Source: Trichosphaerium sp. ATCC 40318
Taxonomy: Eukaryota > Protista > Tubulinea
Direction of reading: 5' to 3'
Length of the DNA: 64,000 nt
Assembly: GCA_038496445.1 (NCBI GenBank)
Contig: JALMLS010000488.1
Span: 266,627 to 330,626, forward strand
A program made the position numbers and the translations under genes. This document shows positions 27,151 through 38,527 of the stretch, in pieces. Within the stretch, counting starts at the first letter, position 1. Every line of letters begins with the position of its first letter. Below the pieces are notes generated by a model. That model saw only the letters and a list, made by a program, of their open reading frames with translations. It was not told the origin of the DNA and did not search any database.

Positions 27151-28011
27151 ATAAATAAAAACAACCAACCCTTCGCTAATATGTTTTCTAACCAACTTGT
27201 TGTTACAAAGACCCACTGTCATGTAGTTCTTTTGTGATCAATGCGCCTAAATCCATTCAATGTTGCTCACTTTCATGTGCAAACAGCAAACCACAATTCC
27301 TCTCCACTATATGGATATGGCAGATATTGTTCACTGCGTCTTTTGCTGAGACTTACTACAAGTAAAACGAGCATAAATCATACCACTATTGATTCAACAA
27401 ACCAAGTGTTTTGAATACAATACAATAAGGTTGTCCAGTAAATAGATTGCGTGATGAAAGCAAACCAACTAGCTACATGGTTTAGTAGTTATGTTGTAAA
27501 AAATTATAAGGGATAGTCGTGATTTAAATGAAGTCGCTCAGATTAGTTACGTACACCGCTTTAACGTTATCTTGATGTTGTTGACTGTACCTAACGGTTC
27601 TGTGGTGCTACAGCAGCGACAAAATCATAGCGGCACTTGAAAAATACGAAGTTTCCAGAATGCGGAATCATATGAGAAAGTAATAGAGGTAGCTATTAGG
27701 CATAGCACATTGATAAAAGGAGCACCAGATAAATGATTAAAGAAACCACTTTTTTTTTTTTTTGATGAAGAGCGTAGTCAAATGCTATTTGTTCGACCCA
27801 TCTTCCAGATCCATCAGTAATTTCCTATTAAATTTGTTTTATTAATCCGGGGCTTCGGTTCCATGGATCTTTTTGTTCTATGAGCTTACAGCAATACCAA
27901 TGATTATTTGTTTTCCGCTGTAAGAAAAACTCTTGAACCGTTAACAGAATAGAAAAGCAACAAATTAAGCCAGAGCGGTGCTCAGATCTTAATTGACACT
28001 ACTTCGATAAG

Positions 28012-28974
28012 ATGAAACTCACGTATTATGACTGTCGGGCACGTGCAGAACCTATCAGGCTTTTACTCGCCGACCAAAAGGCAGACTATGAGTATAGATG
28101 CGTCTCACTAGAAGAGTGGAAGACGTTAAAACCAACAGTAAGGCTTCCTCGGATTTTGAGAATAGTTTCACCGGTTTAACACAAGCCTTAGATAAAACCT
28201 TTTGAAGTGCTCCCAATATTCTCAGACGGTGAGATTAACATGAGTCAGTCTCAAGCCATTTTGCGTTACCTAGCAAAAAAGTATGATCTGTATGGAAAGG
28301 ATGAGTTGGAGCGTATCAAATGCGACATTGCTCAAGAAGCTTTAGTTGATGCTCAGAAAGCAATAGGAGATTTCACTTGGAATAAGAATTGGGTACGTAG
28401 TTCTGATACATACAGATCTTTTTTGGCAACTTTTCAAATAACTTTTCATGATCACAGTTGGCTTATGCTTCCTGTAGAAGGAAGAAAAAGCAGCGTATCT
28501 CAAGAAAGATTTGGAGCCTTGGCTCAATAAACTCAGTTATGTAATGGAGATGAATAAATCTCCTAACGGATGGTTTGTTGGAGAGAACATAACATTTGCA
28601 GGTACTAAATTTTTTGAAGAAAAAATAAAGCAGCTACATAAACGGTATTGTCACATTCCGCGGGATTGACATTGTTGTTCATGAATATCCTTTTCTTTTT
28701 CCTCAATACTAACAGGTTTGCCATAGATTACATCTTGTTCAATACTCTGGATTTTGCGAGAGCAATAGATAAACCAACCTTGGAAAAGTTCAAATCTCTT
28801 TGCGTTTGGAAAAAGAAGTTTGAAAGTAGACCAAACATTGCTTCATACCTTGCTTCAGACTCACGTCCTAAAACCCTAACAGTTTCAATGGCACCGTAAG
28901 TTACATACTGATTAACAAACACTTTCTTGTCTTACTTTAAACGCAGATACGGTGGAACACCTGAAACGTCATGA
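28012..28974 (+). CDS. Glutathione S-transferase (sigma/pi/mu-like)
   Basis: MKLTYYDCRARAEPIRLLLAD, LPIF.DG...SQSQAILRYLA, WFVGENITFADY, RPNIASYLAS; four introns. Confidence 0.93.
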
Positions 28975-29175
28975 ACTTCTTCACTACTAACAAGCATCCT
29001 ACACCATCGCATTAATAATCATTGCAAGACCTATGCTAATATAGTCATATGTAACTTGAATAAATAATATTCCTTGAATAGTTGTTTATTGTTATTTTAC
29101 ATGAGATATTTTGTTGAATTTTGTAGCAAAGCTTTGACGATTGTATGTAGTTTTTTGGAAGGTTGTAAACAACAA

Positions 29176-29247
29176 GCCTTCTTAGCTCAGCGGTAGAGCG
29201 AACGGTTCTTGTCCGTTTGGTCATTGGTTCAATCCCCATAGGAGGCT
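29176..29247 (+). tRNA. tRNA with CTT anticodon (Lys-type), atypical anticodon loop; possibly a pseudogene
   Basis: Acceptor GCCTTCT/AGGAGGC, D arm GCTC/GAGC, anticodon stem AACGG/CCGTT with loop TT-CTT-GT, T loop TTCAATC, T-run about 10 nt downstream. Confidence 0.8.
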
Positions 29248-29450
29248 GTAAATACTTTTAGTATGCACACTACAGAGTGCACAAACTAAAATTTATACGA
29301 TGAATTTGCACACTTTATCACAACTTGCAACCATCTCAAAAATACAATCTATTGTACTATACGTTTAAAATTTTACCAATAAATGTATTACCTAACCAGA
29401 AGCTGGGTAGCGAAGGAAAGTCCATGGTAAACGGAGTCAAAACATGATAG

Positions 29451-29765
29451 AAATTTCAGTGAATGTTGCGTTTTCATTTCTTTGGCACTTTGATCACAAT
29501 CCCACAATTTTTTTAATTCTACACAATGCTGATGATAAAAGGTTGTCAACGTTTCCTTCTCATGTGTTTCTCGGCCTAATGGCTTTGATCATGTGTAGTA
29601 AAAGTTCAGCTTGGGTTAAACCCCATGCAAGTGACCACGTGTCACTTTGTCTTTAACCCCATTATTTGGAAAACTAATGGTGATTTGATATTGCTTGCAA
29701 TGTCATTTGCCATACAGTGATTATCCTAGCACAGCACTACCCGCTAGAGTCTTAGTCACTTTTTT
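29451..29765 (+). repeat. ~310-bp dispersed repeat (block B), inverted relative to 54441-54756
   Basis: Near-identical reverse complement of 54441-54756; the ORF track shows almost the same peptide at both loci. Confidence 0.92.
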
Positions 29766-29961
29766 ATCAAATAGCTGCTTGTCCATGTTCCAGTGACTGC
29801 TTCATGCGTAAGTCAACTATTTGGAAGTACGCTACTAAGCTACAGACAAAACAGAAGCAGTACTTTTCGCTCAATGTCACTTTTCTGTAAAAGTCAGTTC
29901 AACTTTTTTTCTTATTTCTCAGTCAGCTCAACATCAAGAGTTTGCGAAACACTTTAAACAT

Positions 29962-30627
29962 ATGGCAGCAACCTCAGGTTATACTCTTATGCATGGCTCA
30001 GGTGAAAAAGTGTACCCTGTACCAAACGAGGAGAATACGTTTATTTTAGACGCAACAACAAAAGAAACCGGTATATGGTTACAAGATCTAATGCTAGCGC
30101 CTGGTTCCGTTGTTACAGCTAGCATGGAATTTATATCTTACCCAAATAACGACGTTGGCCGCCACGGCGGTGTGGTACTTGGAGAACACGACGTAAGTGC
30201 TTCTTAAATTTAACTTCGCCACGTGGCTATGCATAAAAAACTAAAAAAGGGAGGATAGCTAAATCGCGTAAACTAATTAAAAGAACAGGTTGGTAGCAAA
30301 AACAGATGGCCAAACTCGGGAAACAGTGGAGTCAACATAGATTGGATTGATAGGCCTCATGATCACGGTTATAGAATGCCCGGAGGCGAAAGGTGCTACC
30401 TTTTAATGCAGAATATCAACTGATTTATTTTTTCATCAAGCTTGTTTTCAGATGCAAAACATCCAGGAAAATTATGGACATTTGTAGTGCCAAAAGTAGG
30501 ATGTATGAGGTTTTACTCCGACTGGGAAGAAGTTGGACAAGTGACAATGAAAAGTAAATGGGGTGAGATAGGCGTATGGGCATGTACCGGATGTGTATTG
30601 AAAGCAACTGTAAAAATATTAAAATAA
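29962..30627 (+). CDS. Small 3-exon beta-sandwich (ConA-like) hypothetical protein
   Basis: MAATSGY...NDVGRHGGVVLGEHD|VGSKNRW...IDWIDRPHDHGYR..|LFSDAKHPGKLWTF...GEIGVWAC; GT-AG introns. Confidence 0.65.
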
Positions 30628-30753
30628 TTACAGCAGCGTCTATTGTACCATTTATTGTACTATTTACATTACTTTTTTGAGAGTCCATACTCCTCAACCA
30701 CAGTCTGTATACTCTAGCCATAAAAGCTTGTTGAAGCTTTTTTAAGACGTGTT

Positions 30754-32955
30754 TTATGAAGATATTGCAGTTATGTGTTGAGGTAGAGTTAACATCACTT
30801 TTTGTGTTACAGTTGGCGAGTCAATCAGTGGTCTTGCATTCCCTTGTAAATTCGTATCTATGTTCACATGTGGTGCGAAATGTTTGATTGTAGCTACCAA
30901 CTGTTCAACTGTTGTATCCCACCAGTAAGGTATTTGGACCAACGAAATACCTAACAACTTTGATAAGTTCCAATCGATAAAAAAATTATACATACCTACT
31001 GCTTCGCATTGAGCACTTTTTTCTGCATCACGTGTTTGTTGTACTTCAGTTGGATTCCATTTGAAAATATCCTTATAATGCTGTTCTCCTAAACAATAAG
31101 TTAAGAAGCACAGACTCGGTAAACAAAAAACTGGGATTCAAAAAGCAAACCTTGATATTCAAACGCCAAGTTCTGAGCTGGAATGTAAAGATCGACTGAT
31201 AAGACAGTATATGAACCGCTCCTTAGAGATATAGAAGCCTCTTCAATAATCTCACAGGAAGGGAATATACTTGCAATAGCTCTACCAAGCTCTCTATTTT
31301 GAAGTCAATAACAAGTAAAACAACATTCGTAGAAGTAAACATACTTTTGTTTGCTATACTTCTTTAACCCACGGAACTGTCGCCACACCCACGGGAAATT
31401 TGGCTCTATCGATTTAAGAACGTAGGGCCAGTATCTTATTAACCCACGACCTCCAAGATCAGCTAGTTGCTGATGAGATACATTGTACCTAGTGGTCATG
31501 AGTTTAACCGTATTAGTGACTAGACGAACCACATTGATGGTGTTTTGACACCTGTTGCTCTTTTGACACGTTCAAGAAACGCTTGCTGATGCAAAGATGT
31601 CTGCCAGTAAGAAGTTTTCCAACTTCTCTTTTCCCATGCGAAATGCGGATACAGAGATTGCATACATTCAAACAAAGATTGATTGTGTTGATCTCTAACT
31701 AGCTTGTTAATTGCGGTGATTACTTTGTTGAAGAAATGAAGCGTACAGTATACCCTTACCACCTTGAACGATTATTTCAGCTTTATCTACATTGTACCAT
31801 CCTTCTAGTTCTTTTACACCTAATCTCTTTCCAATAAACTCAAGAGAAGTCCTTTGGTTTGATTCGTCAAAAATAGGTTTATGTCTATAACAAGATTAAG
31901 AAGTTGTCGCAGAACCACACATGCGTACGTAAACCTTTCATGGTCCCATTTATGGTGAGGGTAAACAGCCTTCAAACAAGACTCCATTGAACCATACCTT
32001 AAGGAAGTTAATCAAGGCAGTTCTGTTAAGTATGTCTTCTTACAATTTTGACTGTAGTGTTCCAGTAAACTCTAGAGCATCACTTCGACGGATATTATAC
32101 CAGTCATCTAGATGTTTGATACCAAATAACTCACCAACATCATCTAGAGTCTTTTCTTGGTTACTCTTTTTACTCCAAAACATTCTCGGAGCCTTGTTGA
32201 AGTTTCTTTCGTTCCAATCATAGTAAGGATACAAAACAGATAAAGCCTTAAACATCGAACCATTGTAACTACAATAAAAAAGTGAGCACGTGATTAATTG
32301 GTCTAAAAATAGTGCAATGTACAAAGATCGAATTAATTGTTCAACATCAAAATGGTATACATCCTCTAGGCAAACTGAGCACCAACTTTCAAGTTCTTTG
32401 ATATCAAGGTGTTCAGCAAGATGATTAAATATTTTCTTTTGTTCCTTCTTTGAGCTTCTGTATCCCCAGCACGTTCTGTTGACTTAGTATTCAAGTGCAT
32501 AGTATTAACTACCGTACTTGAACAGCCATAGTTTCCATTCATGGCCAGGATACAAGCTATTGAAACAATCTCGGAGAGAACCATTGTAAAACTCACTTGC
32601 AAAAAAAGTTGTCAATAAGAAAACCTTCAGTACTTCACTTAAAACTTACAAAATGCCTTTTGCGCCATACTTGTCAAGTACGTCTACTTTAGAGATATTA
32701 TACCATTGATCAAGTTGCATTATGTTTAACCGGATGGCTATGTCTTCAAATCGCTTGCGTTGCTTTTTTATATTACTCCAAGGATGTTTACGTATATTTG
32801 GTGGTTTGTTAGCCAATTTTGCTGTGACATCATGAAATTCTAGAATTAATTACTCGTAACGCCGTTATAGTAATGTATGTACCGTTTCCGCTTGCGTATG
32901 CGCGTTTTTGGGTTAGTGCGGAAGTTACACATCTACATAACCCCCGATTGTACAT
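30754..32955 (-). CDS. Trp-rich repeat protein with C-terminal PD-(D/E)xK restriction-endonuclease-like (RAP/DUF559-like) domain, probably mitochondrion-targeted
   Basis: Repeats such as FWSKKSNQEKTLDDVGELFGIKHLDDWYNI...ALSVLYPYYDW; C-terminal VDLYIPAQNLAFEYQ|GEQHY...RDAEK...GISLVQIPYWWD; N-terminus MYNRGLCRCVTSALTQKRAYAS. Confidence 0.8.
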
Positions 32956-33325
32956 AAAACGGAGGCCACTACCAACCACAAGTGATAGGATCTAATTTAG
33001 CCGTGTAGTGCCTACACAACAACTCTATAGCCACCTTTCCTCGCTAGGAAGCGAAATACAGCTCACCAAGCGTTACTCAACCATTCTCGCCTTCGCTTAC
33101 GGTTTTTCTCGTTAAGGCACTTCAGCTCGGTTTAAAAAAGGGTAGTGACATCAATAACAACCACAACGTTCACATTGCTTATTGCTTGGTTTCCGGAATA
33201 AGTTTATTCGGTACATTTTATTTGCTCAGCTAAAACAAGTTGGTAACCCTTTTGTGTACCATAGAGTACAATACAAGATATTGCAAGACAGTTAAAGTAA
33301 ATAGCAGCCGAAAAACGTATTGGGT

Positions 33326-33925
33326 ATGTCTACTGAAGATAGAAGTGTAGAGACAAGTGGATCAGAGGAATCGTGCACCGAAAGCGAAAGCGAAGGACAC
33401 GTAGCAGTTCTAAAGAGTGAGAGCGAAGAAGCTCTAGAATCTACAGAAAACAGTGCCTCAGAGTCTCAAAGCGCAACAAGAGCAGTTGAGAAGCCTCAAA
33501 AACCAGAACAAGATGATAGTGAACCTTCAATGCCAGAAGAAGAAGAAGTAGAACCAGCAGAAATGCCTAAAAAAGTAGGCCTAAAAAGTAAAACAATCAA
33601 GCTACCAAAAGACGAAGATGAAGAAAAATACGACAATGACAAGGTGTTACAACATGGTGATAAGGAGTTTATCATTGGTTTCTTGCTTGGTTTATTATTA
33701 AACTTTATCGGGCTATGCATAGGATTACTTGTGTACCGCAAGAAAAGCAAGACTGGGTGAGTATATTGTTTGATATTTGTTTTTTGCAAAACAATTAATG
33801 TTGTTCGTAGGCGCTATGGTTCTGTCGCAGGGTTTGTATTGAGTACATGCTTCATAATAACAATTGGGTTGATTGCTATCATCATTTTCGCAACGAGTTT
33901 AGGTGAAAATGTAAGGATATTTTAA
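33326..33925 (+). CDS. Acidic N-terminus plus two C-terminal transmembrane helices
   Basis: E/S-rich region, then FIIGFLLGLLLNFIGLCIGLLVY and (after one intron) GSVAGFVLSTCFIITIGLIAIIIF. Confidence 0.75.
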
Positions 33926-34091
33926 GATGATAGAAACCCACATACCAGAGAAAGACTAGACTGTATACTAACGACAAACATAAAAAATAACATTAAAATT
34001 TTTATTATCTTATTGTACACGTGTTTGTCTAAAGAAGAAAAAAAACTAGCCTCTGAGGCTAGTATACTTAAAGTACGTCATAAGAAACCAC

Positions 34092-36760
34092 TCAGTTATC
34101 GCCAAGCTTATCTTGTAGCATACCAACGAGTAAGGCATCCTAAAAGGTATTTAGAGACGAGGTAACGAGAACTATATTTTTAGTCTTACCTTTTCAGATC
34201 CTCCGTTAGTGCCTGAAGCAGCTCCACTGGTGAAAAGTCCTTTGGATGGTTTTCCATTTGCTGATAACCAAACCCTTGTAGTACCCATTTCTGGTTGTGG
34301 GAAGAATACTGGGTTCTTTGTGGACTTGTAGATATCCTTTTGTTCCTTCAGAACAGCCAAAGAACGTGCAATATCTAAGGCAAAGTTAACATGAAGTTGT
34401 CTTTTCTTATTTAATTCTGTGTTGACGCACCTGTATCCAAAGCTCTTGCGCCCTCTCCTTCTGCTCTGTATCGTTCTAGATTAGCTTCTGCGATAATCTT
34501 CGTAGCCATAGCTTCACCTTCAGCTTTAAGAATAGCTGATTGTTTTTCTGCCTCTGCACGCATAATTGTAGCCTTTTCTTTTTGTTAGAACGCTTCTGTA
34601 CTTGAGTTTTCACACGTACTTGTTTAACAGCTTCAGCCTCTATGATACTCGTTTTTTGTCTTGCTTGAGCAACAATAACTTGCGATTCTTGTTGTCCTTC
34701 AGCTTCAAGAACCATTGTCTTTTTGCGTGCTATTTATAAGTCAGTACTGCTTTTGAAGTTTTACTTTGATAATAAAAAAAGTTACCTCTAGCTTTTGTTT
34801 GTACAACTTGAGCTTCTAGTTCGGCCGTTCTCCTTTCTGCGTCTTTCTTTGCCATGTTCTTAGCAAGACTTTTAATGGCATCATTGATATCACGATCTAT
34901 ATGAAACGTTACAAAGCTTTCAAACAATACAAAAAAACTTCTTTGAAGCCAACCTTGGATAGCAATATCACGTAATTTCAAATCATCAATCTTTACTCCA
35001 AAGTTATCCATCATGGATGTCAAATCTTGCAAAAACTCATCATGAATACGCTCATGTATAGTTTTAGGTACTTCAACATTTGGTTTTTCAAGCTACAACA
35101 AATTAATAAAACTACTTTAAAAAAAAAACTTTGTTCTCCACTTACAACTCCTGATGTGCTATCTGGTGGAGGAGAAATATCTCTGTACGAAAATCTTCTT
35201 AATATTTGAGAAAGAGTAACAGTTGACATGTCAACAATAAACTAAAGAGCCAGAGGTTAATAAACCAAAAATCGAAAGTACTCAAAACGTACTTTTTGGA
35301 GTTGATCTATTTTCAACACAGCTACCGCAGGATCGGCTATATGATAACTGAGGACTGCACGAACATTGATAATAATATTATCTGTCGTTTTTACTTGCAG
35401 AAATTCGCCTTCAACAGTAACCCTATTTGACACATTATTTTCAATGAATGACAAGTGTCACAATTTGTTGCTTGGGTTTTTTGATAAATTTTGTAATGTA
35501 GCTTTGCTTAAAAAAAAAAGTACATTGCATCATGACCAAAGTCACCTTGAGGGCTATTTTGGCGCTAGAGCAGACGTAAGACGAATATTATTTCTATCAT
35601 TGCGAAAGATTTCGAGAGTGTTGCGTACATTTCTCACTACAGAAGGAATAGGAAGTGTTTGTTGTGCAATAGATAGTAGTGGTGTATCATCATCGAGAGT
35701 CTGCATAGGAGGTCTGAGATGGTATCTGTTTTGGAAGAAAACTGTTAATAGCTTGTTTTTTTTAATGTAAAAGAATGAAATTAGGAGATATCGACGCGTA
35801 CCTGCCAGGCGGTAGTATCTTTAGCTGACCAACATTATTTGCATCATATTCATAACATACACCAACGAAACCAGGTCTAACCTATTATTACATATGAGAA
35901 AGGCGAAGAGATGAAAATATGTGACGTACATTGACGATATGTAAACCCTTCATTTTTATAACTTCCTTGTTAATATCATGGTGTGCTACGTATGTATGTG
36001 TTGCTGATGTAAGCAAGTGACGTCCTGGACGCAACATTACCAGTTTACCATCTCTGTAAGACTCTAAAATAATTTAAGAATGAAAAGCCTCTTTTTTTTT
36101 AAATGAAACCAAACTATTTGTACCAGCGACTTCACCGTCGTTTACAGTGATGATTTGCCTTGGCCCCATAGTCACCACCTTCTGTGATACACGTACAGGT
36201 TCGCCACCCCACCTCTAATACGAAAATAAGGCTGAAATCTTACGTTTTTTGCAGTGCTTTTTCTAAACGTACTTCAAATGGGTATCTAGCGTAACGGCCT
36301 GGAGGAAGAATAACTGCGTCACCAGCGAATGTGTATCGTAGCCCCATATAACCTTCTTCTACTTGCATTTGGCTAGAATAAACAGTCAAAAACGAAGTTG
36401 TTTCAAACCAAGAAAGTGTTGTCGGGTATTTGAGAATAAGGCTTTTTTTAGCGCTACTACGTTTAACTTACTTGCAGAAAGGCACACAGAAGCAGCCAAG
36501 GCAACCCAACAATTTTGGTAGGAAACCACGATTGGAACGTCTAAATAACGCGTTAATAAGCGTAAAAAGAGCAAATTATACCTGTAGTTGTCTCTTATAA
36601 TCTGATCCATCTCTACATCTCCTAATGGTTTATCTTCTAGTACCCTTGTGCTCTCAGGGAAGTTTAACACCGCTGAGAGTGGCCTCTCCTCTACTTGACC
36701 AAGTAACGGCTCAGTTGCTTCACCATTGTTATTTCGCTTTTTACGTCTAGTGCTGGTCAT
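34092..36760 (-). CDS. SPFH/band-7 protein, vacuolin/flotillin-like
   Basis: N-terminal LPPGRY/LRPGRH repeats, VKTTDNIIINVRAVLSYHIADP..AV, FGVKIDDLKLRDI, AEA-rich coiled coil (AEAEKQSAILKAEGEA). Confidence 0.85.
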
Positions 36761-37029
36761 AATGCGACGACTATCGTTGTTTTCTTGTTGAATATTCATC
36801 AGAAATCAATAGACTGTAGGTCAATGAATCCTGTTTTTTTGAGATTTTGTGAACTCTTCTTTTGGACGATACGAAAGCATTTTCATAAAATTCGAAATAT
36901 TCATGTAATCCTGTCCAAAAAGCGAAACAAAAATGGTGTACCCGATAATATTGCTGGCACTTGTAACTAAGAATCCAGTGACTGAAAATTTCGTCTGATT
37001 TATCAAAATAATTTTATTTTCAACATTAA

Positions 37030-38149
37030 TCAGTAGAGTAGAACAGGTTTTCTGTGCTGGGGCGGAATTAGAGCTCTATGAATAAGAGGTACTACGCCAG
37101 CACTTGGAAGTACTGCACTACGAAGTAACTTATCTAACTCTTCATCATTGTGAATAGCCAATTGTAGGTAACGTGGCACAATACGCGTTCTTTTATTGTC
37201 TTTAGTTTGGTTACCGGCTAATTCTATAATCTCAGCTAAAGGCAAATAATGATAAGTTTTTTTGGAACAACAAATGCAAGAATCAAACAAAAAAAAGATA
37301 AAAACTCTTACCCACAAGGTACTCAAGTACTGCTGCTAAAAAAACTGGCGCAGTTGCAGAAACACGTGTGGCTATTTGAGTTTTCTCTTTTATATGCCTA
37401 TGAAGACGTCCAACCTATAACCCAAAGTTAGATACACAAAGTGATTAATCCACAAAAATCTGCACTCACAGGAAATTGAAGACCTGATCTAGAGCTTCTT
37501 GTGCCAGCGTGTAGTTGTGGTTTAGGTGCCGGATCTGTATCACCGCGCATTGAAGCAGTATATTTTGTGACTGCCTAGGTTGTACTATAAGTTTCACGTC
37601 AAGATTTGACGAAAAGTAGCTCGACATTTGCAATGACAACTTTTTTTGAAAGTTTTTCAGCATGTCATTTTGTTCTGTACCTTTTCTCCTTCAGATACGC
37701 TATGCTTAGAAAGCTCACCAGGAAGTTCAATACGCACAGCTAAAACTTGTTTAGAGCTGCATTGGCTAATTAAGATTTTTGGCAACATTCGGGTAAAAAA
37801 GCTGTACAGTTGTGATGAGGGGTTTTGTACCTGTAATGAGATCTCTGGAGTCAAACGTTTTTTTCTTAGCCTTGGAAAGCAATTCGTCTACTCTCACTAT
37901 GAATCTGTTTTACAACGCGCAGTGAGTAAACTGTAGCAATTTAAACAACGTTGTATACCTCTTTTCCATGTCATTGACTACAAGCTTGTTATTAACAAAC
38001 GGTGGTTAACGCACAGCGTATTACATACCGAAACTGTTCATTATAGCCATAGCTTTCCTTGAAATACCTGTATCAGGATGAACTTGTTTCAGGACCTTGT
38101 AAATGTATGTAGAAAATGTCTCAATTCTTCTTAACCGGTTGCCTCTCAT
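37030..38149 (-). CDS. Fused histone H2B-H2A doublet (228 aa, 7 exons)
   Basis: Exons 38149-38029, 37977-37959, 37904-37831, 37739-37681, 37574-37470, 37414-37312, 37235-37030 (687 nt, all GT-AG). H2B: [34 protein letters not shown]...[29 protein letters not shown]2A: [17 protein letters not shown]...[49 protein letters not shown]. Confidence 0.92.
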
Positions 38150-38527
38150 GTCGTTACAGGAAACTGCAGTCGAATACCAAAAAGGTCAATTGTTTTCTGA
38201 ACGACATGCGTTATTTGGATGGATGTTGTTCGGTGTTTTACAAGCCGAGTTAGGTCCAAGTCAAGCTTGATCCAATTTTCTTGATGCAGGGATACAGTGA
38301 CAGTCGCCAAAAAGTCTTCGGAGCGGTACAATGCCATCATTTCTGGTGAGTCAACTTGTTCTTTCTACTTACGCTACGATGCAGTGACAGTTTAATAATA
38401 ACAAAGATTGTATTTATTTATCGACAGACTACTCTAAATACTATTTTTATACAAATGTCCCTTTATAATAAACAATGGTTGGGAATGATGATAAATCATC
38501 TTTTCTTCTTTTTCTTTCCTTTTTTCT

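Noticed and set aside
29444-29656. Duplicated ORF peptide (also 54551-54748) as a real small protein
   Set aside because: Similarity is explained by the DNA repeat; starts differ and no domain is recognisable.
38146-38180. IRLQFPV in the upstream ORF resembling H2A GLQFPV
   Set aside because: Five-residue match with no further histone-fold similarity; probably chance.
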